A stretch of DNA of 64,000 bases. Source: a virus. The DNA lies in IMG/VR virus record IMGVR_UViG_3300008050_000019; one strand, given 5' to 3'. Position numbers and translations under genes: made by a program. Each line of letters opens with the position of its first letter. The first letter of the stretch is position 1. The notes beneath the pieces were generated by a model, which searched no databases, was not told where the DNA came from, and saw only the letters and a list, made by a program, of their open reading frames with translations. Shown piece after piece: positions 48,083-59,210 of the stretch.

Positions 48083-48322
48083 TCATGATTTATTAATACT
48101 GCTTATAACTTTAACACAATTTCTTGGAGATAAAACCAATATAGGGCCACCAGCAAAGAACCGATACGCTCCGTCATTCCTGCACCCTAAAAAAATGGCG
48201 ATTGTCTGATCACCAAAATGGTTTATTTCAACAAGATCACCAAACTTTAGTAAAGGCGGATATACAACGTCACCTGAAGGGAAGCAGATCGTGCAAGGGC
48301 TACTTATACACCCATGAGCCAT
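48083..48322 (-). CDS. small 'GDLV-motif' family protein
   Basis: 'LLKFGDLVEINHFG'. Confidence 0.4.
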   Translation of the reverse strand: MAHGCISSPCTICFPSGDVVYPPLLKFGDLVEINHFGDQTIAIFLGCRNDGAYRFFAGGPILVLSPRNCVKVISSINKS

Positions 48323-48414
48323 ATTAACCTTCCTGCTTGTCTATACAACATAAAACAATTAACATACATTCACTCTTAGGGATATCATAGATTTCACCAT
48401 CAGCAGAAATGTTG

Positions 48415-51400
48415 CTAGATTTCTCGCTTCACCTTAATATATCTCTCGGTTCTAAACAGTCTATTATTCGTAATATCTGTATCATTATAGAATATATGTC
48501 CGGTTATTGGGCATATATAAACTTGCCCAACGCCAGCGCCACCTGAAGGAGGGAATTCTGCCTGATCTTCAGAGCCGCCCTCATCATCTCTTGGTCTGAC
48601 ATCAGCATTTCTAACAATTTCCCAGGCTTCGTTCGTTTTCCCTAATTTAACTGCTGTTGCAAGAGTTAATTGCGTTGAAGAATCGACGGAAGCAATAACA
48701 TGTTCGTCAGTGATGATGCTACTTTCGACTACCCTAAATAAATCATTTACTGCAAATGATCCAGTCGCAAATGTATTACCTCCTGTGGCAGTAACCTGAT
48801 TTACAGCAGGCCCAGTTGAAAATGATGTTCCTGAATCTTGAATGAAAACGGCTCTGACTATATGGTTTGCCATGTAGTTGGTATCATTAGCAGTCAATAA
48901 CCTTTGATTATCACTATATCCGATATTGTCACCAGCAGCGTTCAAGGCGAAATTACCAGCCATATTAGGTGTTACAGCTGCTGTGCCCTGCCATTGGTAA
49001 AAAGCAAGTTTCCAATATCGTCTGGCACTATTTGTGCCGAATGATCCACTTCCACCTAATAATTCTAAATCAATAACAACTTCGTTAGGTGACGTTGCAA
49101 ATGAATCATTTGCAGCGGAGTCATCATGGAATGCATCGGTTCGCAAGTTCCATGCTGGATGATCTTCATTAGACTGGTACGATGAACGTAGAGTCCAGCT
49201 GCCAGAACCAGCAGCGTCAGTTGCGCTGTATAAGTCCATTTTAACATCTGCATATGTTGCAGCAGGCATTGCTTCCCATGCAAACCCCAATTTTGAAGTG
49301 ATTATATCTGCTTGTAGATCAATACCTGTTTGGAATCCAGCAGTTGTTGTTAATGTCCCGCCACTGCCTCCGATGGTCTGCGTGTTGTTTGTTCCGTCAA
49401 GCAGTAGTCTTCTCTGGTATGCAGCAAGCATTGCTGATGAGCTAGCAGCTAGCACAAAAATGTCATCAGATGTTACTGACGCTAATGAAGCAACATCCAG
49501 AAACCCGCCAACGCACGAATGTGATTCCGCAGTCTTAACAGATAAGGCTTCAGCAAGCGGCGATTCTATCAATTCGGTTTTTTGCGCAAAAATATCATAG
49601 CCCCAAGTAATTTCTTGCGTCGAGTCTTTAACAAGGCCTATTGATACAGGGAATGTGTAATATTCATCTTGAACAAATTCACTTCCACCAGTACCAGATC
49701 CAGAAAATGCTACTTCGACGCCATTTGCAAGTTTCTCTGAGCTAGAGTGTACTAGTTTTGTCGATGCAGCCGCCCTGTGATGAACTCTGCTTCTATACCA
49801 AGTTGATGATCCTGTGCTCCATTGCCATGATGTTGGGGTAGAAAAAACAAGGTCATGCCTTCCTATCGCAGCTCCATTTCTAGGCCTAAATATATATGCG
49901 ACCCCGCTATCATCAGTAAACCAATTGTAGCCATGACATTCAGTAGCCTCAGCCGCCTGCCAAGAACCTGGACTTCCCCCTATAGTACCTGTAGCGTCGA
50001 ATTCCTCACCGATACAGGTCCAGTTAAAGCTAGACACTTCTGATGTACCTGAATTAACAATCTGTATAGTATTATTATCCAAGACGCCAGTCACGACAAA
50101 AGAGCCGCTATTAATACTATTGGAGGTAGTTGACAATACTATCCTTTTACCAACATGATGCTCTGTAAAATCATCGGCTGGAATAACGACTTCTTGGACA
50201 AATTTGCCTCCTATGATCGTTGGTGAAGACATTGATGTTCCAGTGCCTGATCCAGATACAACCTTTCCATTCGGCTCAAGCAAGCCGATTGTTGATGCGG
50301 TGTCTGCAGAGAACCACGCTGCACCACCTGGAGCGACGGACACATGGTATGATACATCAGTCAGGCCATCATCGAGCGTGTCACCATAAAATCCTACGCC
50401 TATGTTATTTGATCCAGACAGCCATGAATCGATTGGGATTCGTGTGATATTTTTTGAAATGAATTGATTATCACCATTCTGTGTTGCAAGCCAAATGTCA
50501 TCGCTTTCTGGATCACCTGTATCTTTTCTATTTATGATAAGCGTGTTAATTGAACCAGACTGGCCGGCGACTCCAGCATTGAGACCTAAATGTATAAACC
50601 CGGCAGCATTGACTTCTGCTGTTGTATGCATACTATAATATGCATGTGAGAAGTCGCTGCCTTGTATGCTATTTAATCTCTGAATTCCTGTTGTATTGTT
50701 ACCTGCTGTCTGTGTAGATACCCAATATACATTTCCGCTTGAATCAACATCAATCAATGTACCATGGTTATTTCTAACCGCACTGGACCCTCTTGGTACA
50801 AATCCTGCTAAACCGCGAACAGAATCACTGTCAATCGTATTAAAATCTGAGCCTGCATCGCTAACTGTTACGACCGAACCACTTATAATCCCCGTCGATG
50901 TAAATACGTCAATGTATGACAATCCATCACGATGTAATGCCCAGACTCTATCTAGCTCTGCTGCGTTAGTATGAAGCCCTGACTTATCAATAGCAATACC
51001 CAGGGTATTATTGCTTTGTAGTCCGGCTACATCATAGATACCGCTTGCAGTTGTCCCTATAACATTTAACACTGCATCACCGGCAGCATCTATCATTATC
51101 AACGCACCTACGTCGGTGCCTGTATCATTAGTATCACCATCACTATCACATGCAAGATATAAATACCCGTTCCGGCCAGGCTTCAAGTCTCTGAATTGGA
51201 CGTTAGTTGGTAATGTGGGAAAAGCTGACAAAGCTTCTGTTGATATTGAGTCGCTTGCATCTTTCCTCGATGGCGTCTCACCAGTAAATCTTTTCCATGC
51301 CCATAGAGATCGTGAAGTTGTTGCATTCGCGTGATCATTAGTGGCCCTATCAGTTACTGTCCACCAAATCTTCCCTGATTTCCGGGGTGATGATCCAGAA

Positions 51401-52311
51401 CCAGCAGCCAAGCCATCAAAGCACATACCTGATATTATACTTGACACAGAGCTTGCGTTTGATGCTTGCGTCGGATAATCTATGACATATGGCACTTGAG
51501 TAGGCGCAGGAGTATCTGTATCACAGAATAAAGTCTGGATGTTGACGAACCCTCGTGATGTTGACGAGGCATTATACCGATCAGATAAAGTTTCAGCAGA
51601 GGTATAGCCGTCAGCCTCCGCAGCACCAGGAGCAAAAGCACCTACATAATATGGTTGTCTTATGAAGTAGTACTCAGCGTCATCACCCGCGCCATTTAAA
51701 TCGCCTGTTTTTGTAGCGAAAATTGAGTAAATATAGTGACCTTCTTCGCCCGTATTGGAGCCAGAAATTGCAGGACTGCCATTAGAGCCAGTGGCAAAAT
51801 CAAGGCATCCACTGCTAAACACTGATCCTACACCGAGCGGTGTAACAGCTGTTTCATTAAAAAATGCCTCACGCCCTGAGGGGTGTCCAAAAACGCTACC
51901 AATCTGCTTGAAATTGATATCGGTACTTGAAACAGCCGCATCGGGTGTCGTTGTAGTTGCCCGAGCGCTGATTCTTCCTTGAGCGTATGCGATCTGCGAT
52001 GGTTGCGCTGGGGCAAGGTTCGTAGTTGTTATGAATCTTCGAAGCCTCATGTATTGGCCTATGGAAGACAGGGCTGGCATTGAATTGTTTAAGCGCACAT
52101 TATAGTAGCTTAACTCTAAAGGTGATGTGCCCGACGCTTCATTTAGAATATGGTCTCCCTTGAACAACAGATCGCCATCGATAGCCACTGTTGATAATGC
52201 AGTTCCAGCAACCAATGAACGAAAAGCTCTTTCTGCCTCGTACTTATAAAGTACATTAGGTTTATAGACCCATGTCCCGTCGTCAAGTTTGATTTTTAAA
52301 TAGCCCTTCAT
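48415..52311 (-). CDS. very large (1298 aa) Ser/Thr/Gly-rich putative virion structural protein (tail fibre / host-specificity-like)
   Basis: Uninterrupted 3.9-kb ORF with low-complexity beta-rich composition typical of phage fibre/spike proteins; no catalytic motif recognised. Confidence 0.45.
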   Translation of the reverse strand: MKGYLKIKLDDGTWVYKPNVLYKYEAERAFRSLVAGTALSTVAIDGDLLFKGDHILNEASGTSPLELSYYNVRLNNSMPALSSIGQYMRLRRFITTTNLAPAQPSQIAYAQGRISARATTTTPDAAVSSTDINFKQIGSVFGHPSGREAFFNETAVTPLGVGSVFSSGCLDFATGSNGSPAISGSNTGEEGHYIYSIFATKTGDLNGAGDDAEYYFIRQPYYVGAFAPGAAEADGYTSAETLSDRYNASSTSRGFVNIQTLFCDTDTPAPTQVPYVIDYPTQASNASSVSSIISGMCFDGLAAGSGSSPRKSGKIWWTVTDRATNDHANATTSRSLWAWKRFTGETPSRKDASDSISTEALSAFPTLPTNVQFRDLKPGRNGYLYLACDSDGDTNDTGTDVGALIMIDAAGDAVLNVIGTTASGIYDVAGLQSNNTLGIAIDKSGLHTNAAELDRVWALHRDGLSYIDVFTSTGIISGSVVTVSDAGSDFNTIDSDSVRGLAGFVPRGSSAVRNNHGTLIDVDSSGNVYWVSTQTAGNNTTGIQRLNSIQGSDFSHAYYSMHTTAEVNAAGFIHLGLNAGVAGQSGSINTLIINRKDTGDPESDDIWLATQNGDNQFISKNITRIPIDSWLSGSNNIGVGFYGDTLDDGLTDVSYHVSVAPGGAAWFSADTASTIGLLEPNGKVVSGSGTGTSMSSPTIIGGKFVQEVVIPADDFTEHHVGKRIVLSTTSNSINSGSFVVTGVLDNNTIQIVNSGTSEVSSFNWTCIGEEFDATGTIGGSPGSWQAAEATECHGYNWFTDDSGVAYIFRPRNGAAIGRHDLVFSTPTSWQWSTGSSTWYRSRVHHRAAASTKLVHSSSEKLANGVEVAFSGSGTGGSEFVQDEYYTFPVSIGLVKDSTQEITWGYDIFAQKTELIESPLAEALSVKTAESHSCVGGFLDVASLASVTSDDIFVLAASSSAMLAAYQRRLLLDGTNNTQTIGGSGGTLTTTAGFQTGIDLQADIITSKLGFAWEAMPAATYADVKMDLYSATDAAGSGSWTLRSSYQSNEDHPAWNLRTDAFHDDSAANDSFATSPNEVVIDLELLGGSGSFGTNSARRYWKLAFYQWQGTAAVTPNMAGNFALNAAGDNIGYSDNQRLLTANDTNYMANHIVRAVFIQDSGTSFSTGPAVNQVTATGGNTFATGSFAVNDLFRVVESSIITDEHVIASVDSSTQLTLATAVKLGKTNEAWEIVRNADVRPRDDEGGSEDQAEFPPSGGAGVGQVYICPITGHIFYNDTDITNNRLFRTERYIKVKREI

Positions 52312-52323
52312 GTGCTGTCCCTT

Positions 52324-52893
52324 TTATAGATCAAGTGTAAATGTTACACGATATTGCACATCAGCTGCTTGAGATGTACCTTGTATAATTGTACTGCTAA
52401 GCAAAGTATAAGCACAGATTCCGTGAATAGCATACTCATTTGCGTTATAAGAACTCAGTGTAGTTAACCCGACGATGTTTATATCTCTGGCAACAGTAGG
52501 CGCAGAAAACTGTACTGTCCTTGTCTGTACGAGTGTTGATGCATCAAGTGTAGTTGTATCTGGCGCTTTTACCTGGCTAGGTGTTTGACTGTCATAAACA
52601 TGCTGTAGTGATGTTCGTGCGACATTTGATGGTACAGTACCTTGGTGGATGAACACTTTGATTAAAGAACCAAATGCTGTCCCGCCGGCAATCATTCGAC
52701 GTGTTTGATCTGTGATCGTATTAGATTGCCACCCACTGTCAAGGGAGTAGTCACCCCTTGTTATAATGGCTTCGCGTATATCTTCGTACTTCCATGTAGG
52801 ATGCATTTTTGATGCTTCATCAATCACACGTTGATCAATAAGTTTAATCCTTGCTTGTCCTTTGATGTTAAATGAATTTACTGTAATCGACAT
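52324..52893 (-). CDS. putative structural protein
   Basis: Adjacent to the giant structural gene; Thr/Ser-rich. Confidence 0.4.
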   Translation of the reverse strand: MSITVNSFNIKGQARIKLIDQRVIDEASKMHPTWKYEDIREAIITRGDYSLDSGWQSNTITDQTRRMIAGGTAFGSLIKVFIHQGTVPSNVARTSLQHVYDSQTPSQVKAPDTTTLDASTLVQTRTVQFSAPTVARDINIVGLTTLSSYNANEYAIHGICAYTLLSSTIIQGTSQAADVQYRVTFTLDL

Positions 52894-52895
52894 AG

Positions 52896-53960
52896 TTACC
52901 CAATAATTATTGAACCAAAGGCTGTTCCTGAAATAAACCGACCTATTCCTTTGCCCCAGGACGTCTGTGTATAAGTATCAACTATAGGTTGTGTTGAACC
53001 AGATTTAACTTGTACTATGCCATATTCACTTACCACCGTCGCAGGCGAAAACATTCCTTTACCGAAGGCTGTCTGTATGTAGTCATCTGTCGGGGGAATT
53101 ACATTAACTGGGCGTGTCTCTACAACAGTTATATTTCTAGAACTAGGAAACATCGAAGAGTTGAATCTAGAGCTTAACCTTGATGTGTTAGCTGCGGGCT
53201 CACTTATACCGTCACTTTCAATCGTGTCAAAAGGCGCTTTTATTTTACCTTCAATCAGCTGCGTCGAATTTGGTCCTTTAAAATTTACTTGCGTAACAAA
53301 ATACTTCGCAGCCTGTGAAGGAATTTCAAATTCATAAATGTGGGGATCAAGTTTCACGAATGGAACGAGTGTGCTATTAAATCTAACCAATTTACCTGTT
53401 CCATGCAATTTTCCATACACATTAAAACCTGCAATATTAAGATTTAGATTCGACAATGATGATGGCAAAGCTCGCCACCGAATCATCATTGTCGAAGACG
53501 GCGTCGGCGACGCCGCAACAGCAATAGCGCTGATGGGTTTTGTTGCATCAGCATGAATAGGCATATTACCGATGACTTTTCCGGCTTCGAGTTGTTTTAC
53601 GCTATCATTAACAGGTGCACTAAATACTGCAAGTTGCAGGTTGTCTATTATAGTGGCAGTCTGAGCGACTTGAGTTGCAGGAGCATCATTTTCATCAAGT
53701 GTAATAAGATAAAGATTTTCATTAAGCACGTAACAAAAGATCCAAGTGCCTTCAATGGGATCAAAGAAAATCTCTGGGCGCTCACCTTCTGCTAAAAGCC
53801 TAACTTCACTCTCTAGTGTACCATTAATATCACGTTGGACAAAGATTGATGTACCAGTAAGATACGGCCTTTCATAAACGTACCATATAATTGAAGCGTC
53901 AGAATTTGATGCGACCGATATTTTTCCTACGTCACTAGTGAATGTTATCTGAGTCGCCAT
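52896..53960 (-). CDS. putative structural protein
   Basis: 354 aa, beta-rich composition; 3-nt gap to the downstream gene. Confidence 0.4.
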   Translation of the reverse strand: MATQITFTSDVGKISVASNSDASIIWYVYERPYLTGTSIFVQRDINGTLESEVRLLAEGERPEIFFDPIEGTWIFCYVLNENLYLITLDENDAPATQVAQTATIIDNLQLAVFSAPVNDSVKQLEAGKVIGNMPIHADATKPISAIAVAASPTPSSTMMIRWRALPSSLSNLNLNIAGFNVYGKLHGTGKLVRFNSTLVPFVKLDPHIYEFEIPSQAAKYFVTQVNFKGPNSTQLIEGKIKAPFDTIESDGISEPAANTSRLSSRFNSSMFPSSRNITVVETRPVNVIPPTDDYIQTAFGKGMFSPATVVSEYGIVQVKSGSTQPIVDTYTQTSWGKGIGRFISGTAFGSIIIG

Positions 53961-54149
53961 ATGAATTATTCAGTTGGAATGCTGCCTTCTCTGTTATAAA
54001 TAAAGACGATACCACATACTTCGCATGTATGCTTTTCATAATAAACATTATTGTCTGCGGGATCTTGCTCGTATGTTATCGTCCAGCGAGTCTGGTGTCT
54101 ATGCTGCCCTCTAGTTGTTTCCATCTACTAACCTACACAAATAAAGTGC

Positions 54150-54178
54150 GTTGATAAATTACGAAATGATATTAACCT
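54150..54178 (-). promoter_or_regulatory. conserved promoter-like motif (site E, partial)
   Basis: Transcribed strand GGTTAATATCATTTCGTAATTTATCAACG, ~30 nt upstream of a short unlisted ORF beginning near 54124. Confidence 0.3.
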
Positions 54179-54620
54179 TAGCGTTTGTTGTTGACCCATC
54201 AGGTAACATAATCTCTGTCATGTTATCGTTTACCGGAATCATTGGTAAAGACATTTGAGCATCAGTTTCTTCGCCGATGTCGTCTATGCTTAAACCATCA
54301 TGCTCAATAGCCTCTTGCGTAGTACCACCAAAAGCCCTTAAAGCAACAGCACTTGTTTTTTTAATAATGCTTGCAATGCCCTTTTTTGCATTATCTACCA
54401 TTGATGCCTGTGCATCAGCGAGCGATAAATAAACAGTACCCTTTATTGTTTCAAGTACTTTGGGCTTAGATTCTTTTTTTGGAACTCTAATGACATGCTG
54501 TATCGTAGTGCCATCAAGAGTCTCACTTACTCTGCGTTCAATGACCTGAACAGGTACAACACCAGCCACATTACTAGGTATAATGAACAAAACTTGTCCG
54601 ATGTTGTAGTTTGCACTCAT
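54159..54620 (-). CDS. hypothetical protein
   Basis: ORF track. Confidence 0.4.
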   Translation of the reverse strand: MSANYNIGQVLFIIPSNVAGVVPVQVIERRVSETLDGTTIQHVIRVPKKESKPKVLETIKGTVYLSLADAQASMVDNAKKGIASIIKKTSAVALRAFGGTTQEAIEHDGLSIDDIGEETDAQMSLPMIPVNDNMTEIMLPDGSTTNAKVNIIS

Positions 54621-54625
54621 TTATG

Positions 54626-54814
54626 CTACCCTTGTTCTCCAGCTTCCCGAGCAAGATCAGAAGAAAGCACAAGAATACTTTCACCAGACGCTCTTTTATA
54701 TTCCGACAGATCAAACTCTGCTAACTTATTTTTTAGCTTTGTTTCATTCTTATACCCACCGTATGTTTCATAAACGCTTATTAATCTATCGATTGTTGTT
54801 GAGTGTAATTTCAT
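54626..54814 (-). CDS. small hypothetical protein
   Basis: ORF track. Confidence 0.3.
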   Translation of the reverse strand: MKLHSTTIDRLISVYETYGGYKNETKLKNKLAEFDLSEYKRASGESILVLSSDLAREAGEQG

Positions 54815-54822
54815 GTTATATC

Positions 54823-55200
54823 CTACATCAAGCCTTTGGCTGATTTTTTCATTTCCTTTTCTGCGACTTTATCTCTAACTGATTGTGAGATTTTTGCACC
54901 AGCAATCGCTGCTTTTGTTAAGGGTTCTAACCCTAAAGCTTCTCTAACATCATCATAAGCTTCCGCTGATAACTTGCTTTTAAGAACTTCCATTTGTGCA
55001 TATTGTCTTAAATCCCAGTGAACGATTGGTAAATCTTCACCGCTAGGACCCGGCTCAAACTGTCCAGTATCACATGCTTCCCATACAAGCAAAAACCTAG
55101 GCATTTGCTCTTTCGGCGGAACATGAATTAAAGGAAGATTTCCCAGTTGCCCATCATCATCTTCTTCATAAGAAATTTCCCATTGCCATTTATTTAGCAT
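54823..55200 (-). CDS. hypothetical protein
   Basis: ORF track. Confidence 0.4.
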   Translation of the reverse strand: MLNKWQWEISYEEDDDGQLGNLPLIHVPPKEQMPRFLLVWEACDTGQFEPGPSGEDLPIVHWDLRQYAQMEVLKSKLSAEAYDDVREALGLEPLTKAAIAGAKISQSVRDKVAEKEMKKSAKGLM

Positions 55201-55230
55201 TAAGAATCGTACAATACTTACTATGTTTTG

Positions 55231-56220
55231 TTAACTAAGCATTGATTCTATTCTATCAATTGCATTTTCATACGCGTGGATAATATCTGCAGATTCTGGA
55301 ACGTCAAGACTATTAAACTCTTTTAAACCAAGCGTCAATGACTCTATCAAGGATTGTAGTTGTCCATCCTTTACTTGCGTCAAAAGAGCGCCCAGGGCAG
55401 AATCTCGTTGATCACCTTCCACGCCTTCAAGGGGCGTGGTATCGATCTTCTTCTTTAGAATACTTTCTGCATCACCAATAGTCTCTGCACCCGAAATTTT
55501 CTTTGCCAATTCCAAAACATCATTCAAGGTTGTATTAATGATACTCTTGATGTCAGAATTTAAGTTTCTTACTAAATTAGAACTTGTTATAGACTTTGTA
55601 ATCTCTTTGTTATTAAGAAGATCAGCAATAGCATCAGATTCAGAAGACTCATGAAGCAGTGCCCTATTAAGACTCCTAGATTCACCTAGCCCGAACGTTT
55701 TCCGAATCTCAGATGTTTTCGATGTTATAGAGCTATCATGGCCCGCAAGTGCATCGATAAGCTCTAATGAAGCCTTAGGGCCAGCCTCGGCGACTTTGAC
55801 GGTAAGCATAGCGATAGGGTTTAGTAGGAATGCGATTAATTCGCCTTCTTTTTTAAAAACCATTCTTGCTTTTTCTATGATTGCGCCATACTTTCTCTCT
55901 ATAGATTGCATACGCTGGTCTTCATTGCTGAAAATGTTTTCGTATCTTGTCGAAAGACCAGGAATGATCAGTGACGGTAACCCTTTTAGTATGACAGCGA
56001 GTGCGGACCGTGCTTTACTGCTTACCTTTGCAACAGAGCCCAGGGCAACCTTCGTTGCGTTTGTCCATGGTTCTATGAAAACTTTCTTAAAATCAGCAGC
56101 ATTCCCTAAATCAACATCACCAAATTCATCGCCGTATTCTTTAACAAGCTTTTTTCTGTCTCTTTCACGTGCATCTTGTAATGAAATGCGTATGCTATTT
56201 TTGAATTGGGTTTCATCCAT
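55231..56220 (-). CDS. hypothetical protein
   Basis: 329-aa ORF. Confidence 0.45.
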   Translation of the reverse strand: MDETQFKNSIRISLQDARERDRKKLVKEYGDEFGDVDLGNAADFKKVFIEPWTNATKVALGSVAKVSSKARSALAVILKGLPSLIIPGLSTRYENIFSNEDQRMQSIERKYGAIIEKARMVFKKEGELIAFLLNPIAMLTVKVAEAGPKASLELIDALAGHDSSITSKTSEIRKTFGLGESRSLNRALLHESSESDAIADLLNNKEITKSITSSNLVRNLNSDIKSIINTTLNDVLELAKKISGAETIGDAESILKKKIDTTPLEGVEGDQRDSALGALLTQVKDGQLQSLIESLTLGLKEFNSLDVPESADIIHAYENAIDRIESMLS

Positions 56221-56222
56221 AG

Positions 56223-57035
56223 CTATAAATAGGCGTCTGCAGGCGCATCTTCCATCATCTTATTTGCAGGCATCATTAATAGCTTCCCTGTTTTATCTCT
56301 CCAATAAGAGCGAACCTTTTTTTCGAAATCATTAAAGGGATAATGGTTCTTAGTTTTAGGGTCTCTTGTGGTAAATTGTTTTCTGTCAACGGGCGGCAAA
56401 GAAAGCAGAATTTGTTTCTTTGCCGCCAACCAATCCTCAGAATTTGGCATCATGTCGGACACGAAATCAAGTGCACCGACAACATTCACACTAAGCTGTG
56501 TAGTGCCACCAAGAATTTGCCAGACTCTTGAGCCATCTATCTCATTGGGTAATGACTGCACAAACATCTTCTTGTTATCAGTTGATAAAAATTCCCTCAT
56601 CCGGGTGCCAGATATGTCATTCTTACCCGTTCTTTCAACAGAGACAAACTCTACGCCAATATTATTATGTAACCACCCGAAATACTTTTCGCGGCTGTTC
56701 ATTGGGAACCTTCGTTGTATATCTATAGGGTCAGAATATACGCTATACTTTGTTGTAAGTTTCTCTTCATTAGCGAACCCGAGTGTTTCGTAAATATGTC
56801 TAATAGGTACTTTTACGAAGCTTACTTTAACATTTTGAGGAAGGTTGGGCATGATACATTCATTCCACACTAACTCCATATCTACTCCCTTAATATGAAA
56901 TTCACCTGGCTTGCATCTATCAGCAAGCGAAACAATAACCTCAACATAATCGTTATCACTAGATGCTAGCTTTATTAGGTTCCAATGCCCTACGTGAAAT
57001 GGTTTACAACTCGCTGCTATTAATCCAATTTTCAT
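56223..57035 (-). CDS. HxGH-family nucleotidyltransferase, NMN/NaMN adenylyltransferase-like
   Basis: 'GLIAASCKPFHVGHWNL' (G-x-F-x-P-x-H-x-G-H) and 'ISGTRMR' (ISxTxxR) motifs of the class-I-aaRS-like cytidylyl/adenylyltransferases. Confidence 0.5.
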   Translation of the reverse strand: MKIGLIAASCKPFHVGHWNLIKLASSDNDYVEVIVSLADRCKPGEFHIKGVDMELVWNECIMPNLPQNVKVSFVKVPIRHIYETLGFANEEKLTTKYSVYSDPIDIQRRFPMNSREKYFGWLHNNIGVEFVSVERTGKNDISGTRMREFLSTDNKKMFVQSLPNEIDGSRVWQILGGTTQLSVNVVGALDFVSDMMPNSEDWLAAKKQILLSLPPVDRKQFTTRDPKTKNHYPFNDFEKKVRSYWRDKTGKLLMMPANKMMEDAPADAYL

Positions 57036-58312
57036 TTTTGTTTCTTTACTCTTTTGAATGCTTTAAAGTCTAGACCGTACTTTTTTCTTACTGCTGTTTT
57101 TCTTGACTGGAGGGTTGTTTTCTTTAGAGAAAGAAGCTCACAAAGTTCATTAAGTGATTGTGAATTATTCCATTGCAGTTGAAAACGCTTACCCTCAGAT
57201 GCTTTTCTTTGTTCATCTCTGCTTCTTTTTAAGAGCTTGCCCGTATTTACGCTTAGATACTTAAAGTCTTTCGCAATCTTTAGTTTAATAACTTTGAGCA
57301 TTTTTTCAATGTGTATATCTCTATCAATAATTTTTCTGTGTACTCTTTCGCATATCCCAGAAACATATCTTCCAGTCTCTATAGTTCCTTTAGGAAATCC
57401 CTCTGATATTGCATAAAAGCACTGATCTTCTTTTAGAGAAAATTTTGCTCTACCATTTTTTGAACTTAGAAATCCTTTAACATCACCGATTGTACTACAG
57501 TCGGTTAACACACTGTTTAGTTCCTCTTCGAAAGCTATAGCTGCAGCTTTTAATGATAGATAATAATCATCAAGATTTTCTTGCTCAGAAGATACAAGAG
57601 CGCATGCTGCGCCGTAATATCTGTCAATGACTACTTTTTCAAGTTGTATATTGTTCTTGACATCATTTACGCCAAGAGAATTAAGGTTTGCATTTTTACA
57701 TGTGTTGATGATACAATTGATCACGCCAGCGCCGGAATCCCACGTCCCCGTTCTTCCTAATCTGTATGAGCTTGATATATCCATATCTTTAACATGAATG
57801 TTTTCGCCGTCGACACAAAAATCGTAAGCGCCACCTGGATCTGCATAGAGTGTATCATTGCTGAATAGCAACGCAAATAACACTTCATATCTGCCTACTG
57901 CGTTACCCGTAGTTTGATTAATGACGTCTGCTAACGGGCATAAACATTTTGGAATAGTATATTCACTAGGCTTGCTTATATCAAGTTCGAGACTCAATAC
58001 ACTTGAAACAAGTTCAGCCGGTGTATGAACAGCAATATCATTAAGCACAAGCAAGATTTTCTCTCTAAGCTCCGGGAAAAAATTTATTCTTTTAGCAAGC
58101 TTCAAAAACAAGGATCTTCTATCTGCATTTATAAATAACTCTTGTAGTTCATTTAAAGTACATGATTCATCATATTTTTTGAAACCTGATTCGTGTAGGA
58201 GAGTTGTTATTGCCTTTATGGTGTCGTCGTTATTTGCTGTGTAACCGATTTTCTCAATATACACTTCATTCTTCCCATTAAAGGATATCGTTATATTGTC
58301 CATTATGGACAA
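57032..58312 (-). CDS. hypothetical protein
   Basis: 426-aa ORF overlapping downstream gene by 4 nt. Confidence 0.45.
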   Translation of the reverse strand: MSIMDNITISFNGKNEVYIEKIGYTANNDDTIKAITTLLHESGFKKYDESCTLNELQELFINADRRSLFLKLAKRINFFPELREKILLVLNDIAVHTPAELVSSVLSLELDISKPSEYTIPKCLCPLADVINQTTGNAVGRYEVLFALLFSNDTLYADPGGAYDFCVDGENIHVKDMDISSSYRLGRTGTWDSGAGVINCIINTCKNANLNSLGVNDVKNNIQLEKVVIDRYYGAACALVSSEQENLDDYYLSLKAAAIAFEEELNSVLTDCSTIGDVKGFLSSKNGRAKFSLKEDQCFYAISEGFPKGTIETGRYVSGICERVHRKIIDRDIHIEKMLKVIKLKIAKDFKYLSVNTGKLLKRSRDEQRKASEGKRFQLQWNNSQSLNELCELLSLKKTTLQSRKTAVRKKYGLDFKAFKRVKKQK

Positions 58313-58344
58313 TTATATTGATTAAAGTAATTAGATATTACTTG

Positions 58345-58959
58345 TTAATACACTAATTTTCTTTTGCCAGTTTCATCTTTAACAGGTTTACCATTGATTG
58401 CATTGATCACCACGGTTTCAACAGAGTGCATTTTCTTTGTTAATTTCGCTACTAGATCAACATATTCCAGCCTATGAAGATGGCCAGGATCAAAAGTAAT
58501 AACAATCTGCATTATTCTATGACCCCCCTTTGTTCTTTCAATAGCACCATTTTGGATGACAGTCGAGATGCCCTTAATAATCCTAATCCCAGTAACAACT
58601 TCTTCGACTTTCATTCCTTTACTTAGAACAAGCTTCGCAGAAGCAGTATCAAGCATCTTTAATGCACCTAAAGCTTCAGAAATCTGTTCATCAGTATCTG
58701 GCTGTCGGTACTTTTTTATTTGAGCCTTAAGGTGCTGGCATGATCTAGCATAATTTGACCTTGCTGCAGTTGCCAGCTTCTGTTGATTTCTTAATCTTAG
58801 TAAACCAGTAAGAATAGACTCCATCTCTTCAACATGTTCGGAAGAACCATACGCAGATGATGTCCCATCAGACAAAGTAACATCTGCATAGTTTTGAGAA
58901 CGCTCAGAAATTACTTGCTCACTAATTATTTTTTTTAAAATTCCAAATTCTAGCTTCAT
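58345..58959 (-). CDS. hypothetical protein
   Basis: ORF track. Confidence 0.4.
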   Translation of the reverse strand: MKLEFGILKKIISEQVISERSQNYADVTLSDGTSSAYGSSEHVEEMESILTGLLRLRNQQKLATAARSNYARSCQHLKAQIKKYRQPDTDEQISEALGALKMLDTASAKLVLSKGMKVEEVVTGIRIIKGISTVIQNGAIERTKGGHRIMQIVITFDPGHLHRLEYVDLVAKLTKKMHSVETVVINAINGKPVKDETGKRKLVY

Positions 58960-58988
58960 ACTCTATCCCAAAGATAAGTATTATCCTG

Positions 58989-59171
58989 CTAATCTTTAAT
59001 CTTAAATTTCATCCAGTGAATCAAATACTTCATCATCTGCTCTGATGGCAGATTAGTACCCTGCATCCATGATACAACTTCGCCAACAGTTACAGCGGCA
59101 CTTGCAGCGAGCTCAGTCAATGTAACATGTGCTGTAACTGTATTTAGTAACTCTATAAACTCTTCTTGCAT
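58989..59171 (-). CDS. small hypothetical protein
   Basis: ORF track. Confidence 0.3.
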   Translation of the reverse strand: MQEEFIELLNTVTAHVTLTELAASAAVTVGEVVSWMQGTNLPSEQMMKYLIHWMKFKIKD

Positions 59172-59210
59172 AGATCATTATAACAATCTATGCAAGAGTG
59201 TATAAAGTTA

